Assembly: GCA_046350855.1 (NCBI GenBank)
Contig: JAXLZM010000003.1
Span: 78,311 to 116,802 of the forward strand
Direction of reading: 5' to 3'
From: Candidatus Anderseniibacteriota bacterium
Lineage (GTDB): Bacteria; Patescibacteriota; JAUYIX01
Length of the DNA stretch: 38,492 nt
A program made the position numbers and the translations under genes. The notes beneath the pieces are model-generated. The model ran no database searches and was not told the DNA's origin. It was given only the letters and a program-made list of their open reading frames with translations. Every line of letters starts with the position of its first letter. The stretch's first letter is position 1. Below, in pieces: positions 26,933-36,584 of the stretch.

Positions 26933-29440
26933 ATGGCTAAAACCATTCAAAAACCACCTAAAGGACCCAGCGGCCCGACCGGTAAAACGCCGGTATCTTC
27001 CGCGATTGGCACCGTGCTCCCACGCAGCATCACCAACGAGATGCAGGAGTCGTACTTGGACTACGCTATGAGCGTGATCGTGGCACGCGCGCTGCCCGAT
27101 GTGCGCGATGGACTCAAGCCCGTCCACCGCCGCATCCTCTACGCCATGTCGCAGCTCGGGCTCAACTCGCGCGCTAAGTTCCGCAAGTCAGCTACGGTGG
27201 TTGGAGAAGTGCTTGGTAAATTTCACCCGCACGGTGACGTGGCGGTCTATGACGCCATGGTCCGTCTCGCACAAGATTTCTCCGTGCGCTACCCGCTCGT
27301 CCAAGGCCAAGGTAACTTTGGTTCACTCGACGGCGATGCCGCCGCCGCCATGCGCTATACCGAGGCCAAAATGGCGCGCATCAGCGACGAGATGCTCAAT
27401 GACATCGATCGCGACACGGTCAACTTTGTCCCTAACTACGATGGCACCCACCAGGAGCCGGCGGTTCTCCCGGCGGCCGTACCGCAACTCCTCCTCAATG
27501 GATCAACCGGTATCGCGGTCGGTATGGCCACCTCGATTCCTCCGCACAACTTGGGCGAACTCATCGACGGCCTGACTCACATGATCGATCACCCGGGTGC
27601 CGCGGTCGAGGATTTGCTCGAGTTTGTTAAGGGGCCGGACTTTCCAACCGGGGGCATCGCCTACGGCGCCAAAGATATTGCTCAGGCGTACGGCACCGGT
27701 AAAGGTGGTGTGGTTGTGCGCGGCAAGACCGAGATCGTCGAGGAAAAAGAAGGCCAGTTTAAGATTCTGATCACCGAGGTGCCCTTCCAAATCAACAAGG
27801 CGACCCTGGTCGAACACATCGCCGATTTGGTGCGTGAGAAAAAGATCGAAGGTATCCGCGACGTGCGTGACGAGTCCGACAAAGAGGGCGTGCGGGTCGT
27901 GATCGAACTCAAAAAAGACAGCTACCCCAAAAAAGTACTCAACCAACTGTTCAACCTGACGGCTCTGCAGTCCAGCTTTAACTACAACATGCTCGCCTTG
28001 GTGGATGGACTCCAGCCGCGCGTCCTCACCATCAAAAACGTCTTTGAAGAATTTCTCAAATTTAGACTTGAGGTCGTTATCCGTCGCACTAAGTTTGAAC
28101 TGCAAAAAGCTAAGGACCGCGCCCACATTTTAGAGGGGCTCAAAAAGGCCCTTGACCACATCGACGCGGTGATTAAGACCATTAAAGCCAGCAAGTCGCG
28201 CGAGGATGCGCACGTGCAGTTGATCAAGAAGTTCCGCCTGTCGGACAAGCAGTCCAACGCGATCTTAGACATGAAGCTCTCGACGCTCTCTGGCCTTGAG
28301 CGCAAAAAGATTGAGGATGAACTCACCGAGAAACGCAAACTCATCGCCGAGCTCGAGGCACTGCTCAAATCGCGCGCCAAGCAAAATGCCATGATCAAAA
28401 AAGAGTTACTGGCCGTGCGCGAGCGCTACGCAGACGAGCGTCGCACCAAGATCGTAAAGACCGCCGTGGGTGACTTTGAGGACGTTGACCTGATCCCCGA
28501 CGAGGACGCCATTATTACCATCACGCGCAGTGGCTACATCAAGCGTCTCAAGCCCGAGGTCTACCGCGCCCAGCGCCGTGGCGGGGTCGGTATCAAAGGT
28601 GCCGAGGTCAAAGAAGAAGACATCGTTAAGCATTTCTTTAAAACCACCACGCTGGCCAAGCTGCTCTTCTTTACCTCGAGCGGTCGTGTCTTCCAGATTC
28701 AGGCCTACGAGATTCCTGAGACCAGCCGGGTCGCTAAGGGCCAAAACATCGCTAACTTTTTGCAGCTCGGTTCTGCCGAGACGGTCTCGGCCGTGATCGA
28801 TTTGGCCAACGCCGCCCCGACCGACTATCTCACCATGATCACGCGCAAGGGCACGGTCAAAAAGTCTTCGCTGGCGGACTTTGCCAACGTGCGTCGCTCA
28901 GGCCTCATCGCCATCAAGCTGCGCCCCGGGGATGAACTCGGTTGGGTCCGTCGCACCAGTGGCAAAGACGAGATCTTGGTCGTGACCGAGCAGGGCCAAG
29001 CCATCCGTTTTGCCGAAGCCGACGCCCGACCGATGGGTCGGGCAGCCTCGGGTGTCCGCGCCATCCGGCTCAAGGGTACCGATCAAGTGGTAGGTGCCGA
29101 TGCGGTCTCCGCCGCCGCGGCCAAAGATACAACGGCCTCGGTCTTGGCGGTCATGAGCAATGGCTACGGTAAACGCACCCTGATTAGCGAGTACAAAGTG
29201 CAAGGCCGCGGCGGCTCCGGAATCCTCACCGCTAAGATCACCAAAAAAACTGGTCCGCTCGTCGCGATGCGCCTCTTGAGCGGCGAACTCCTCAAGCACG
29301 ACTATGTCCTCATCTCCAAAAAAGGCATTGTGATCCGCGCCCCACTCACCAGCGTGTCCGAGCTAGGCCGTTCGACCCAAGGGGTACGCCTGATGAGCCT
29401 GCGAGCGGGTGACTCGGTTGCATCAATCGCGATAGTCTAG
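26933..29440 (+). CDS. gyrA: DNA gyrase subunit A
   Basis: [27 protein letters not shown], active-site [11 protein letters not shown], and a C-terminal beta-pinwheel with a GyrA-box-like [10 protein letters not shown]. Confidence 0.96.
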   Translation: MAKTIQKPPKGPSGPTGKTPVSSAIGTVLPRSITNEMQESYLDYAMSVIVARALPDVRDGLKPVHRRILYAMSQLGLNSRAKFRKSATVVGEVLGKFHPHGDVAVYDAMVRLAQDFSVRYPLVQGQGNFGSLDGDAAAAMRYTEAKMARISDEMLNDIDRDTVNFVPNYDGTHQEPAVLPAAVPQLLLNGSTGIAVGMATSIPPHNLGELIDGLTHMIDHPGAAVEDLLEFVKGPDFPTGGIAYGAKDIAQAYGTGKGGVVVRGKTEIVEEKEGQFKILITEVPFQINKATLVEHIADLVREKKIEGIRDVRDESDKEGVRVVIELKKDSYPKKVLNQLFNLTALQSSFNYNMLALVDGLQPRVLTIKNVFEEFLKFRLEVVIRRTKFELQKAKDRAHILEGLKKALDHIDAVIKTIKASKSREDAHVQLIKKFRLSDKQSNAILDMKLSTLSGLERKKIEDELTEKRKLIAELEALLKSRAKQNAMIKKELLAVRERYADERRTKIVKTAVGDFEDVDLIPDEDAIITITRSGYIKRLKPEVYRAQRRGGVGIKGAEVKEEDIVKHFFKTTTLAKLLFFTSSGRVFQIQAYEIPETSRVAKGQNIANFLQLGSAETVSAVIDLANAAPTDYLTMITRKGTVKKSSLADFANVRRSGLIAIKLRPGDELGWVRRTSGKDEILVVTEQGQAIRFAEADARPMGRAASGVRAIRLKGTDQVVGADAVSAAAAKDTTASVLAVMSNGYGKRTLISEYKVQGRGGSGILTAKITKKTGPLVAMRLLSGELLKHDYVLISKKGIVIRAPLTSVSELGRSTQGVRLMSLRAGDSVASIAIV

Positions 29441-29468
29441 TAGTCTCTGCAGACTAAACTACAGATCC

Positions 29469-29759
29469 ATGGCCCTACCCGGTAAACGACATCCTCGAGC
29501 CCTCACCCATATGCGCCGCAGCGCATGGATGAGCCGCCTCAAACCAGCCCAACTGGTTAAGTGCTCCAAGTGCGCGACCCCCAAGTTGCCGCACGTGGCC
29601 TGCCATGTCTGTGGCACCTACAAGGGTGAACAAGTCCTCGACGTCAAACACAAAGTCACTCGGAGCGAGCGCCGGGCCGCTGCTAAAGCTGCTGCCGCGC
29701 GTGAGCACGACCATACGACGGACAAAAAATCCGATCAAAAAAAGTCCGAGAAAAAATAG
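29469..29759 (+). CDS. rpmF: 50S ribosomal protein L32 with Lys-rich C-terminal extension
   Basis: PGKRHPRALTHMRR and the zinc ribbon CSKC...CHVCG. The tail AAAKAAAAREHDHTTDKKSDQKKSEKK is additional. Confidence 0.88.
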   Translation: MALPGKRHPRALTHMRRSAWMSRLKPAQLVKCSKCATPKLPHVACHVCGTYKGEQVLDVKHKVTRSERRAAAKAAAAREHDHTTDKKSDQKKSEKK

Positions 29760-29809
29760 TTTAGCTCGGATTAGCTGATTAAAAACGCACGAGCGAGGGG
29801 GCCACAGGC

Positions 29810-29838
29810 TTGACAAAGTGGCTTTTTTGCGGTAGGAT
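29810..29838 (+). promoter_or_regulatory. sigma-70-like promoter TTGACA-N17-TAGGAT
   Basis: Perfect -35 hexamer. The -10 ends 12 nt before ATG 29851, and there is no Shine-Dalgarno. Confidence 0.5.
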
Positions 29839-29850
29839 AGCTGTACTTCC

Positions 29851-30504
29851 ATGAAAAAACTTTCCATCGCCGCGCTCATCATCAGCCTCGTCGCTTTGAT
29901 CATCTCGATTTACGTCTGGACGGGGGGCTTTGGTAGTGCGGGCACCGCGGTTGGTGTACCAATCTCGAGCAACAACACAACCGGTGGTGGAGGGGGCAAA
30001 GGTGGCGGCACCGGTGGCCAAGAAACCTTTACGCAACAGCAACAAGTCATCTTGGGGCGCCGAGGTCAGTTGGCGACGTTTATCGTTAGGACTTTGAGGG
30101 CACCGAGTCAGCAGGTTCTTAAAATAACCGCCCAAGAAGTAACGTACGCCGGAGGAGCCAACACGGTCGTGGCCGGACTGTACATCAGCAACATCGAAGT
30201 CTTAAGTGGCGCAACTGCAACGGCCACGCAACTCAATGCGATTACGCAACCAACGAGCTCTGCCCAAAATGCCGCCTATCTCAGCAGTCTAGATGCGATT
30301 GCAAATAGCCTAGACCTGGTGGCTGCAAAGACGACCATTGCTCAAACGTTTGTACCGATCGCAGGGGACAACTCCAACTCCACGCGCGTAAACTTGTGGG
30401 TCGTCGACAACGCCACTCAGGTGGTGGGCATCACACAGGCCAGCGGTATCAGCGCCGTCAAAGATTTGATGCGCCGCATGCCGGTCAAGTTGCCACCAGA
30501 CTAG
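29851..30504 (+). CDS. N-terminally anchored or secreted hypothetical protein
   Basis: 217 aa. TM/signal segment [20 protein letters not shown], Gly-rich linker [14 protein letters not shown], then a T/A/S/Q/N-rich domain with no recognisable motif. Confidence 0.55.
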   Translation: MKKLSIAALIISLVALIISIYVWTGGFGSAGTAVGVPISSNNTTGGGGGKGGGTGGQETFTQQQQVILGRRGQLATFIVRTLRAPSQQVLKITAQEVTYAGGANTVVAGLYISNIEVLSGATATATQLNAITQPTSSAQNAAYLSSLDAIANSLDLVAAKTTIAQTFVPIAGDNSNSTRVNLWVVDNATQVVGITQASGISAVKDLMRRMPVKLPPD

Positions 30505-30593
30505 CTGCCCAGCAGGGCTTTTTAGGCGGTTCTACCGGCCTTGATTTTTTGGCTGGTTTTGGCATAGTTGGGCCAGCAGATTTGTACCCTTTT

Positions 30594-31208
30594 ATGGCTA
30601 ACCGTCACCTCGCTCGAACCATCGCCTTGCAGTCCCTCTACGAGTGGGACTTCAATAAAAAGCCAGCGGACGCACTCGACAAGATTGTCGCGCACAATGT
30701 TGCCGAGTTTGCCCCAGGGCTTAAAGATGATTCGTTTGCGCACGAACTCGTGCGTGGAGTGATCGGACACCAAGCCGAGATTGACGCCAAGATCGTCAAG
30801 ACCGCGCCGGAGTGGCCGCTCGACCAGATCACGACCGTCGACCGCAACATTTTGCGCATCGGAATTTTTGAGTTGCAGTTCGACCCGAGCATCCCTCCCA
30901 AAGTTGCGATCAACGAGGCGATTGAACTCGCCAAAACGTTTGGCGGGGAGTCGTCCGGTCGGTTTGTAAACGGCGTGCTCGGCACGCTGTACCGACAGCT
31001 GGGTGGTGAAGAAAAAGACCCCATGACCGCCGAGAAAATGGCCGAGCATAAAAAAGCACTCGAGGAGGCCCGGGCTAAAGGACTCGCCAAGCCAGCCGTT
31101 CCCTTGCCTAAAAAACAAGTTGAACCCACTCAGTCGGAGGCCGCGAGTAAACCCAAGTCAAAAGTTCAGCCAAAAAAGCGTACTAAGTCTGCTCGTTCTA
31201 AAAAGTAA
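30594..31208 (+). CDS. nusB: transcription antitermination factor NusB with Lys-rich C-terminal extension
   Basis: [30 protein letters not shown] and NEAIELAK. The start is taken at MANRH (30594). The ORF track extension back to 30396 overlaps the previous gene. Confidence 0.88.
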   Translation: MANRHLARTIALQSLYEWDFNKKPADALDKIVAHNVAEFAPGLKDDSFAHELVRGVIGHQAEIDAKIVKTAPEWPLDQITTVDRNILRIGIFELQFDPSIPPKVAINEAIELAKTFGGESSGRFVNGVLGTLYRQLGGEEKDPMTAEKMAEHKKALEEARAKGLAKPAVPLPKKQVEPTQSEAASKPKSKVQPKKRTKSARSKK

Positions 31209-31219
31209 TCACGAGCAGC

Positions 31220-31921
31220 ATGCCAGAACCAACTAAAGATTTTAGAGATCTCGAGAAAAAACTCCAGATCACTTTTAAAAACCAAGCCCTGCTACGACAG
31301 GCCTTGGTGCACCGCTCTTACCTCAACGAAAATCCCGACTTTGAGCTCGAACACAACGAGCGTCTGGAATTTTTAGGTGACGCCGTAATGGAACTAGTCG
31401 TGACCGAGCACCTCTACCGCACCTACCCCAATCCAGAAGGGGACCTAACCAACTGGCGCAGCGCTTTGGTTAATTCGCGCATGATCGCCCAGATCGCCCG
31501 CCGCCTGGGCTTTGAGGACTTTTTGTTTTTGTCGCGTGGGGAGGCTAAGGACACCGGACGTGCCCGCGACTACATCTTGGGCAACTCCTTTGAGGCTGTG
31601 ACCGGAGCGATCTTTTTGGATCAGGGGTTTGCGGCGGCCGAGGAGTTCATCCAGCGGGAGCTGCTCAAGGAGCTGCCCGCCATCCTCAAAAACAAAACCT
31701 ACATGGACCCCAAATCCAAACTGCAAGAAAAAGCTCAAGAACTCGAGCATGTGACGCCGCAGTACAAAGTGATCGAATCCTTTGGGCCCGATCACGACAA
31801 GCGCTTTAAGGTGGGGGTCTACATCGACAGCGAGTTAGCCGGGGTCGGGGAGGGGACATCCAAACAAAATGCCCAACTCGATGCTGCCACCGACGCGCTG
31901 CGCAAACGCGGCTGGGAGTAA
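31220..31921 (+). CDS. rnc: ribonuclease III
   Basis: Signature NERLEFLGDAV, SFEAVTGAIFLD, and a C-terminal dsRBD (PKSKLQE...FKVGVYI...GEGTSKQNAQLDAA). Confidence 0.95.
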   Translation: MPEPTKDFRDLEKKLQITFKNQALLRQALVHRSYLNENPDFELEHNERLEFLGDAVMELVVTEHLYRTYPNPEGDLTNWRSALVNSRMIAQIARRLGFEDFLFLSRGEAKDTGRARDYILGNSFEAVTGAIFLDQGFAAAEEFIQRELLKELPAILKNKTYMDPKSKLQEKAQELEHVTPQYKVIESFGPDHDKRFKVGVYIDSELAGVGEGTSKQNAQLDAATDALRKRGWE

Positions 31922-31939
31922 ACACGGCAAAAAGAAAAA

Positions 31940-31966
31940 GGCCAAGTGGTGAGAACCCACTTGGCC
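31940..31966. terminator. hairpin terminator between convergent genes
   Basis: Perfect 10-bp stem GGCCAAGTGG-tgagaac-CCACTTGGCC. The A-run on the + strand gives a T-run for the minus-strand gene that ends at 31970. Confidence 0.75.
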
Positions 31967-31969
31967 AGG

Positions 31970-33235
31970 TTAGCGACGTTGCCTCCAACCCGAGAGACTG
32001 AGACTGTGCTGCTCTGCCATCTCAGGTAGCACCTGCGTCGCGCCCAGTAACGGAAACGGCACTCGGGGCAACTGGGTCATGAGCAAGCCCCACTTGTAGT
32101 AAGTCCCGCTCGGAGAGACTTTGGTGCAACTCGCTCCTACCGGACACTTACTGCAGACATCGTGGTAGTTGCGTGGCCAGAGTCTTGCATCTTGGGCAAG
32201 TTGTTCTGGCAGAACATATGTGGCCCCCTTGCTGCTCGTCTTATTGCCTGGGTTGAGCATGCAGAGTTCCCGACTCAAGACCCAGAGGGCCGGATTGACC
32301 GCTAAATGCGAGAGATCGTGCTTGACCAAGAACGTCTGTGACCAGCAGGCGATCTCGTCCATGATGCCTTCGTTGATACGGACCGCAACTTTGCCGTGCA
32401 TCCAACCGGGATACTTAGGCTTGTTAGGGATTGGCAGCGCCTTGGAGAACTCAACACAACCGGTCGCGGTTAGCACACGCAAGGCATGGAAGTCCACCGG
32501 AACAGGTGCCGGAAAGAAAGGTGCTAGTCCCCGCTCCTGCAGCCAAATTACCAGTAGCGAAAAGATCTTACGGCGCATCCCGTAAAACCCAGCCTTAGGC
32601 GCACGATAGTAGTCCACCCGTCTAAAGGCCTCCTCAAACTCAGTCACGCCCCAAAAGACGTTACGGACGTCGCCGCCCCAATGGTTCACCAGGGAGTGGG
32701 CGTTGCTGTACCAACTCTGACTAAGCTCATCAAACCTATAGCCCTTGACCTCCTCCTCAAGCTTGGCCAAGAGCTGCACCCGAGTCAGTTGCTTGTTGCG
32801 CTGGATGTGGCCGTTGCCTTTGGCCTGCGTCGGACAGACCTCGCTCTCACCAAACAGTCCCGGTTGAGCGTCGGTCGTCTCGGCCGCCTGCAGTAGTCGC
32901 GCGATCACGCCATCTCGCAGGGTTTTTTCGATCCGTTCTGCCGGCCAATCGGTGATGATCCGTTCCGGGATGAACATCTCGCGGGCCGCTGGATCCTCAA
33001 AGAGGGAGAGGAGGAGGCGCATGGGTACCTCGGATCCCACTCCGCCCCGTTGGGTTTGGACGGTAAATAAAAACCACAGTCCGAGGAGTCGTGGATCAGT
33101 TTCCGTCGGTTTGATGCGGTCCTGCGGCAACTTGATGTTCTTAAAAACGCTGTCACGGTTTTTCCAAGCTGAGTCGAGCGTGCGAAAAACCTGCAACGCG
33201 CGCTCCTCGTTTATCTTGACGAGCTTGAATTGCAT
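31970..33235 (-). CDS. orphan hypothetical protein with HhH-glycosylase-like core and Cys-rich C-terminus
   Basis: The start at MQFKLVK (33235) has a GAGGTG Shine-Dalgarno 4 nt upstream. The ORF track extension to 33445 runs into the divergent gene. FYGMRRKIFSLLVIWL...VPVDFHALRVL resembles G-x-G-R-K-T-A...VDTHxxRV of EndoIII/MutY. C-terminal CSKCPVGASC equals C-x2-C-x5-C. Confidence 0.6.
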   Translation of the reverse strand: MQFKLVKINEERALQVFRTLDSAWKNRDSVFKNIKLPQDRIKPTETDPRLLGLWFLFTVQTQRGGVGSEVPMRLLLSLFEDPAAREMFIPERIITDWPAERIEKTLRDGVIARLLQAAETTDAQPGLFGESEVCPTQAKGNGHIQRNKQLTRVQLLAKLEEEVKGYRFDELSQSWYSNAHSLVNHWGGDVRNVFWGVTEFEEAFRRVDYYRAPKAGFYGMRRKIFSLLVIWLQERGLAPFFPAPVPVDFHALRVLTATGCVEFSKALPIPNKPKYPGWMHGKVAVRINEGIMDEIACWSQTFLVKHDLSHLAVNPALWVLSRELCMLNPGNKTSSKGATYVLPEQLAQDARLWPRNYHDVCSKCPVGASCTKVSPSGTYYKWGLLMTQLPRVPFPLLGATQVLPEMAEQHSLSLSGWRQRR

Positions 33236-33369
33236 CTCGCACCTCGATTGTAGTGTGTCGAAACAAATTGGAAACGTACGCGGGCGGCACTCGCCCGATC
33301 GACCAGTGTAACGAGTTTGCGAGACGTTGCAACGTTGACAGGGCCGCTCAAATTGGGTCCAATTGGCGC

Positions 33370-33867
33370 ATGCAAGCGGATTGGCTATTTTGGGTCGGCG
33401 CGATCGTAGCGATTTTGCTCGTCCTTGTGGGTCTGGTTGGCTCACTCATCCCAGTTCTGCCCGGTACGCCACTTATTTTTGTGGGAGCGCTGATTTACGG
33501 CTGGGTTACGGATTTTAGGGAGATCAACCTGTCCGTCTTAATCGCGCTGGGGGTGATCGCGGTGATCTCGACGGTGTTAGGTTATTTGGCCTCTGCCGTT
33601 GGTTCCAAAAAGTTTGGTAGTTCCAAGTGGGGCATCGCGGGTGCCACGCTCGGCTCGATCGTGGGTATTTTTGTGGGTGGGCCCATCGGCCTCGCGATCT
33701 TTCCGTTTTTATTTGCCTTTTTGTTTGAACTCCTCGCCGCCGGCAAAAGTGTGCGTAAATCACTCCGCACCGCTTTGGGCAGTCTGATTGGGGTCTTAGG
33801 CGGGATCGTGATGCAGTTTGTGTTTGGGTTGGTAATGGTCGTGACGATTATCGTGGCGCTGCTATAA
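33370..33867 (+). CDS. DUF456-like small polytopic membrane protein
   Basis: Four Gly-rich TM helices. N-terminus LVGLVGSLIPVLPGTPLIFVGALIYGW is typical of DUF456. The start is taken at MQADW. Confidence 0.55.
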   Translation: MQADWLFWVGAIVAILLVLVGLVGSLIPVLPGTPLIFVGALIYGWVTDFREINLSVLIALGVIAVISTVLGYLASAVGSKKFGSSKWGIAGATLGSIVGIFVGGPIGLAIFPFLFAFLFELLAAGKSVRKSLRTALGSLIGVLGGIVMQFVFGLVMVVTIIVALL

Positions 33868-33874
33868 TCCGCCC

Positions 33875-36532
33875 ATGCATCTAAAGTCGCTGTCGCTAAA
33901 CGGCTTTAAAAGTTTTGCGTTGCCCACCACGCTCGAGTTTACGCGTGGGGTGACGGCCATCGTTGGTCCTAATGGATCCGGTAAGAGCAATGTGGCCGAT
34001 GCGGCCCGCTGGGTATTGGGCGAGATGAGCCTCAAGACTTTACGCGGCAAAAAGAGCGAGGATGTCATTTTTGCCGGCTCGCGGCTGCGGGCTGGGCATA
34101 GCATGGCCGAGGTCACGCTACTTTTTGACAACGCCGATGGGCGCTTGCCCGTGGATGCCGCCGAGGTGGCCATGACGCGCCGACTTTTTCGCTCAGGCGA
34201 CAGTGAGTATGAGATCAACGGCACCCAAGTTAGATTACGTGATCTGCACGAGCTCCTCACTAAGGCCGGTTTGGGCGAACGCAGCTACGCCGTAATCGGC
34301 CAGGGCCAAGTGGACGCGATTTTGCGAGCCAGCGCCGCCGAGCGCAAAGAGTTTTTTGAAGAAGCCGCCGGGGTCAAGGAGTTCCAGAGCAAAAAAGAGC
34401 AAACCTTGCGCAAACTCGAGACCACCCGCCGCAACCTGGTCCGCGTAGATGACTTAGTTAAGGAGATTCGCCCACGCTTGGCCAGTCTCAAGCGCCAAGC
34501 GGATCGTGCCTCTTTGCGTGAGCAACTGCAAAAAGAGCTGCATACTAAAAGTCTGGTTTGGTTTGGGGCAGAACTCGCTGCGATCGACGCTGGCGCTGAG
34601 AGTGATCTCAAGCAACTAGCACAGGTTACGCGCGAGCGCGCGGCTTTTGAGCAAAAAATTGTGAGCCTCGAAAAATCGCACACCGCTGCTGAGGAGCAAG
34701 CCCTGGCTGAGGAGCGCACCCTCACCCAAAACCGTCTCTCTGAGGCTCGCCAAACCTTGAGTGAACTCGCGGCCGAACAAGCCGAGCTCAATCGACGCCA
34801 AGCTTCGCTACAAGAGCGCGAGCTCCCAGCCGATCTCTCGATGCTGCCCACCCAGATCGTCGAAAACGAAGCCCGTCTCGCACAACTCACCCGCCGCGCT
34901 GCCAGTCTCGTGCCCGAGGTGGAGAAGTTCCGCCGCGAAGTCACCCAGGCCGAGGAAGAAAGCACCACCACGGCCAACAAGGTCAAGCAACTGCGCGAAA
35001 AACTGTCCAAGGGCCACCCTAAAAAGACGCTCGACCAGCGCGAGATCGCCCAGCTCCTCAAGGAGTTGAATCGCGCCTACGATCACCTGATCGCCTCACT
35101 AAAAACGATTCAAACCCTGGATGACCTACCCGAGATTTTGCAGCTCGCTGCTAAGCCCAAGGTGCATCTTGATCAGCTCCTCACCCGCGTGGAGCGCTCC
35201 CAGCCACTCGACAGCACAACTCTCAACCAACAGCTCGACCACGTTCTCGAGTCCCGCGACGAGATTCTGGCGCAACTGGCCGGCTCACGTGAACAGCTCG
35301 CTCGCCGGGAGACCGAGCACAGTTTGCTCCAAAAACAGATCGCGCAACTGACCCGCACTATCAATGACCACAAGCGCCAAGTAACCGGCTCTAAAAAAGG
35401 TGGCGCTAAAGGCGCCAAGCAGGCCGCCCTGCAAGGTCTCAAGGACGAACTCAAAACCCTGGCTCAAAAAATCGCCGTCCAGGATGAACAAGTTCGCTCC
35501 CTAGAAAAAGAACTGGTCGATTTTGACACTCAATCCCAAACCTTACGCACCAAAAATCGCCAAGGTCTGGAGGCGGTCAAAGAGTTGCGCACCAAGCTCT
35601 CCGCCAGTATCGAAAAACAATCACTGCTCAATATCGCAAAGGGCAAGTACGACGTGCGACGTGAGGATTTACTCTCTGAGGCGCGTGATTTGCTCGGCAG
35701 TGAGGCCGCCACGACCCTCGGGCGGGGCGGTGGCCAAACCCTCGAACAAGCCAAGCGCGATACACTCAAGGCCACTCTCGAGCAACTCCGCAAAAAAGTT
35801 GACCAAGCCGGCGGCATCGACGAGACCGTTTTAACGGAATTCAAGGAGACTCAAGAGCGTTTTGATTTTTTGACGACCCAGTCGCAAGACCTGGCCAGCG
35901 CCTCTAACAAACTGCGCGAGGTTATCGAGCAACTCGACACACAAATCCACCAACGCTTTGCCAAATCGCTCGAGCAAATTAACCGGGAGTTTGACAAGGC
36001 GTTTAAAGTGCTCTTTAACGGCGGAACCGCCAAGCTCACTCCGGTACGTGCTCCCCGTAAAAAAGCTACGCCTGAGGCAGAACTAGAAGAGACCTCACCC
36101 GAAACCCAAGAAGACGAGATTACCCAAGAGGTCGAAAAACTCCGCGCCTCGGACGGTATCGTGGGTGTCGACATCAAGGCCAATCCACCGGGCAAAAAGT
36201 TGCAGGGCATCGGCATGTTGTCAGGCGGAGAAAAAGCGCTCACCTCGATCGCGCTGCTCTCAGGCATCCTGGCTACCAAGCCCTCACCGTTTGTAATCCT
36301 CGATGAAGTCGACGCCGCCCTCGATGAAGCCAACAGCCGGAGATTTGCAAAAATTGTTAAGTCGCTGGCGGGCAAAACGCAGTTCATCACGATCACCCAT
36401 AACCGCGAGACTATGCGCCAAGCTGGCATCCTCTACGGCGTGACCATGCAAAAAGATGGCGTCTCTAAACTGCTCTCGGTCAAACTCGACACGGTCAAAG
36501 CCGATGGTAGCCTGGCCAAAACTACCGCGTAG
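33875..36532 (+). CDS. smc: SMC-family chromosome partition ATPase, short form without recognisable hinge
   Basis: N-head FKSF...VGPNGSGKSNVADAARWVLGE...EDVIFAGS. C-head LSGGEKALTSIALL and FVILDEVDAALDE. 885 aa, against about 1150-1200 for canonical SMC. Confidence 0.85.
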   Translation: MHLKSLSLNGFKSFALPTTLEFTRGVTAIVGPNGSGKSNVADAARWVLGEMSLKTLRGKKSEDVIFAGSRLRAGHSMAEVTLLFDNADGRLPVDAAEVAMTRRLFRSGDSEYEINGTQVRLRDLHELLTKAGLGERSYAVIGQGQVDAILRASAAERKEFFEEAAGVKEFQSKKEQTLRKLETTRRNLVRVDDLVKEIRPRLASLKRQADRASLREQLQKELHTKSLVWFGAELAAIDAGAESDLKQLAQVTRERAAFEQKIVSLEKSHTAAEEQALAEERTLTQNRLSEARQTLSELAAEQAELNRRQASLQERELPADLSMLPTQIVENEARLAQLTRRAASLVPEVEKFRREVTQAEEESTTTANKVKQLREKLSKGHPKKTLDQREIAQLLKELNRAYDHLIASLKTIQTLDDLPEILQLAAKPKVHLDQLLTRVERSQPLDSTTLNQQLDHVLESRDEILAQLAGSREQLARRETEHSLLQKQIAQLTRTINDHKRQVTGSKKGGAKGAKQAALQGLKDELKTLAQKIAVQDEQVRSLEKELVDFDTQSQTLRTKNRQGLEAVKELRTKLSASIEKQSLLNIAKGKYDVRREDLLSEARDLLGSEAATTLGRGGGQTLEQAKRDTLKATLEQLRKKVDQAGGIDETVLTEFKETQERFDFLTTQSQDLASASNKLREVIEQLDTQIHQRFAKSLEQINREFDKAFKVLFNGGTAKLTPVRAPRKKATPEAELEETSPETQEDEITQEVEKLRASDGIVGVDIKANPPGKKLQGIGMLSGGEKALTSIALLSGILATKPSPFVILDEVDAALDEANSRRFAKIVKSLAGKTQFITITHNRETMRQAGILYGVTMQKDGVSKLLSVKLDTVKADGSLAKTTA

Positions 36533-36548
36533 CTCCACCCCCAAGCCC

Positions 36549-36577
36549 TTGACGTACCAGGCCTAACCTTGTAGTTT
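36549..36577 (+). promoter_or_regulatory. promoter-like TTGACG-N17-TAGTTT upstream of rpsP
   Basis: The -10-like box ends 7 nt before ATG 36585, which suggests a leaderless or near-leaderless mRNA. Confidence 0.4.
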
Positions 36578-36584
36578 GCACCCC

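Noticed and set aside
29440-29455. Palindrome TAGTCT-ctgc-AGACTA between gyrA and rpmF, considered as a terminator.
   Set aside because: The stem is 6 bp and A/T-rich with no following T-run, and rpmF starts 14 nt later. It is more likely incidental or a minor processing or stability element.
30396-30593. N-terminal extensions offered by the ORF track: nusB from 30396, the orphan gene from 33445, DUF456 from 33253, bcp from 15786, the antitoxin from 1179, the M23 gene from 6986 and rpsP from 36576.
   Set aside because: The extensions overlap neighbouring genes or lack homology. Internal starts coincide with conserved protein N-termini and/or Shine-Dalgarno sequences.
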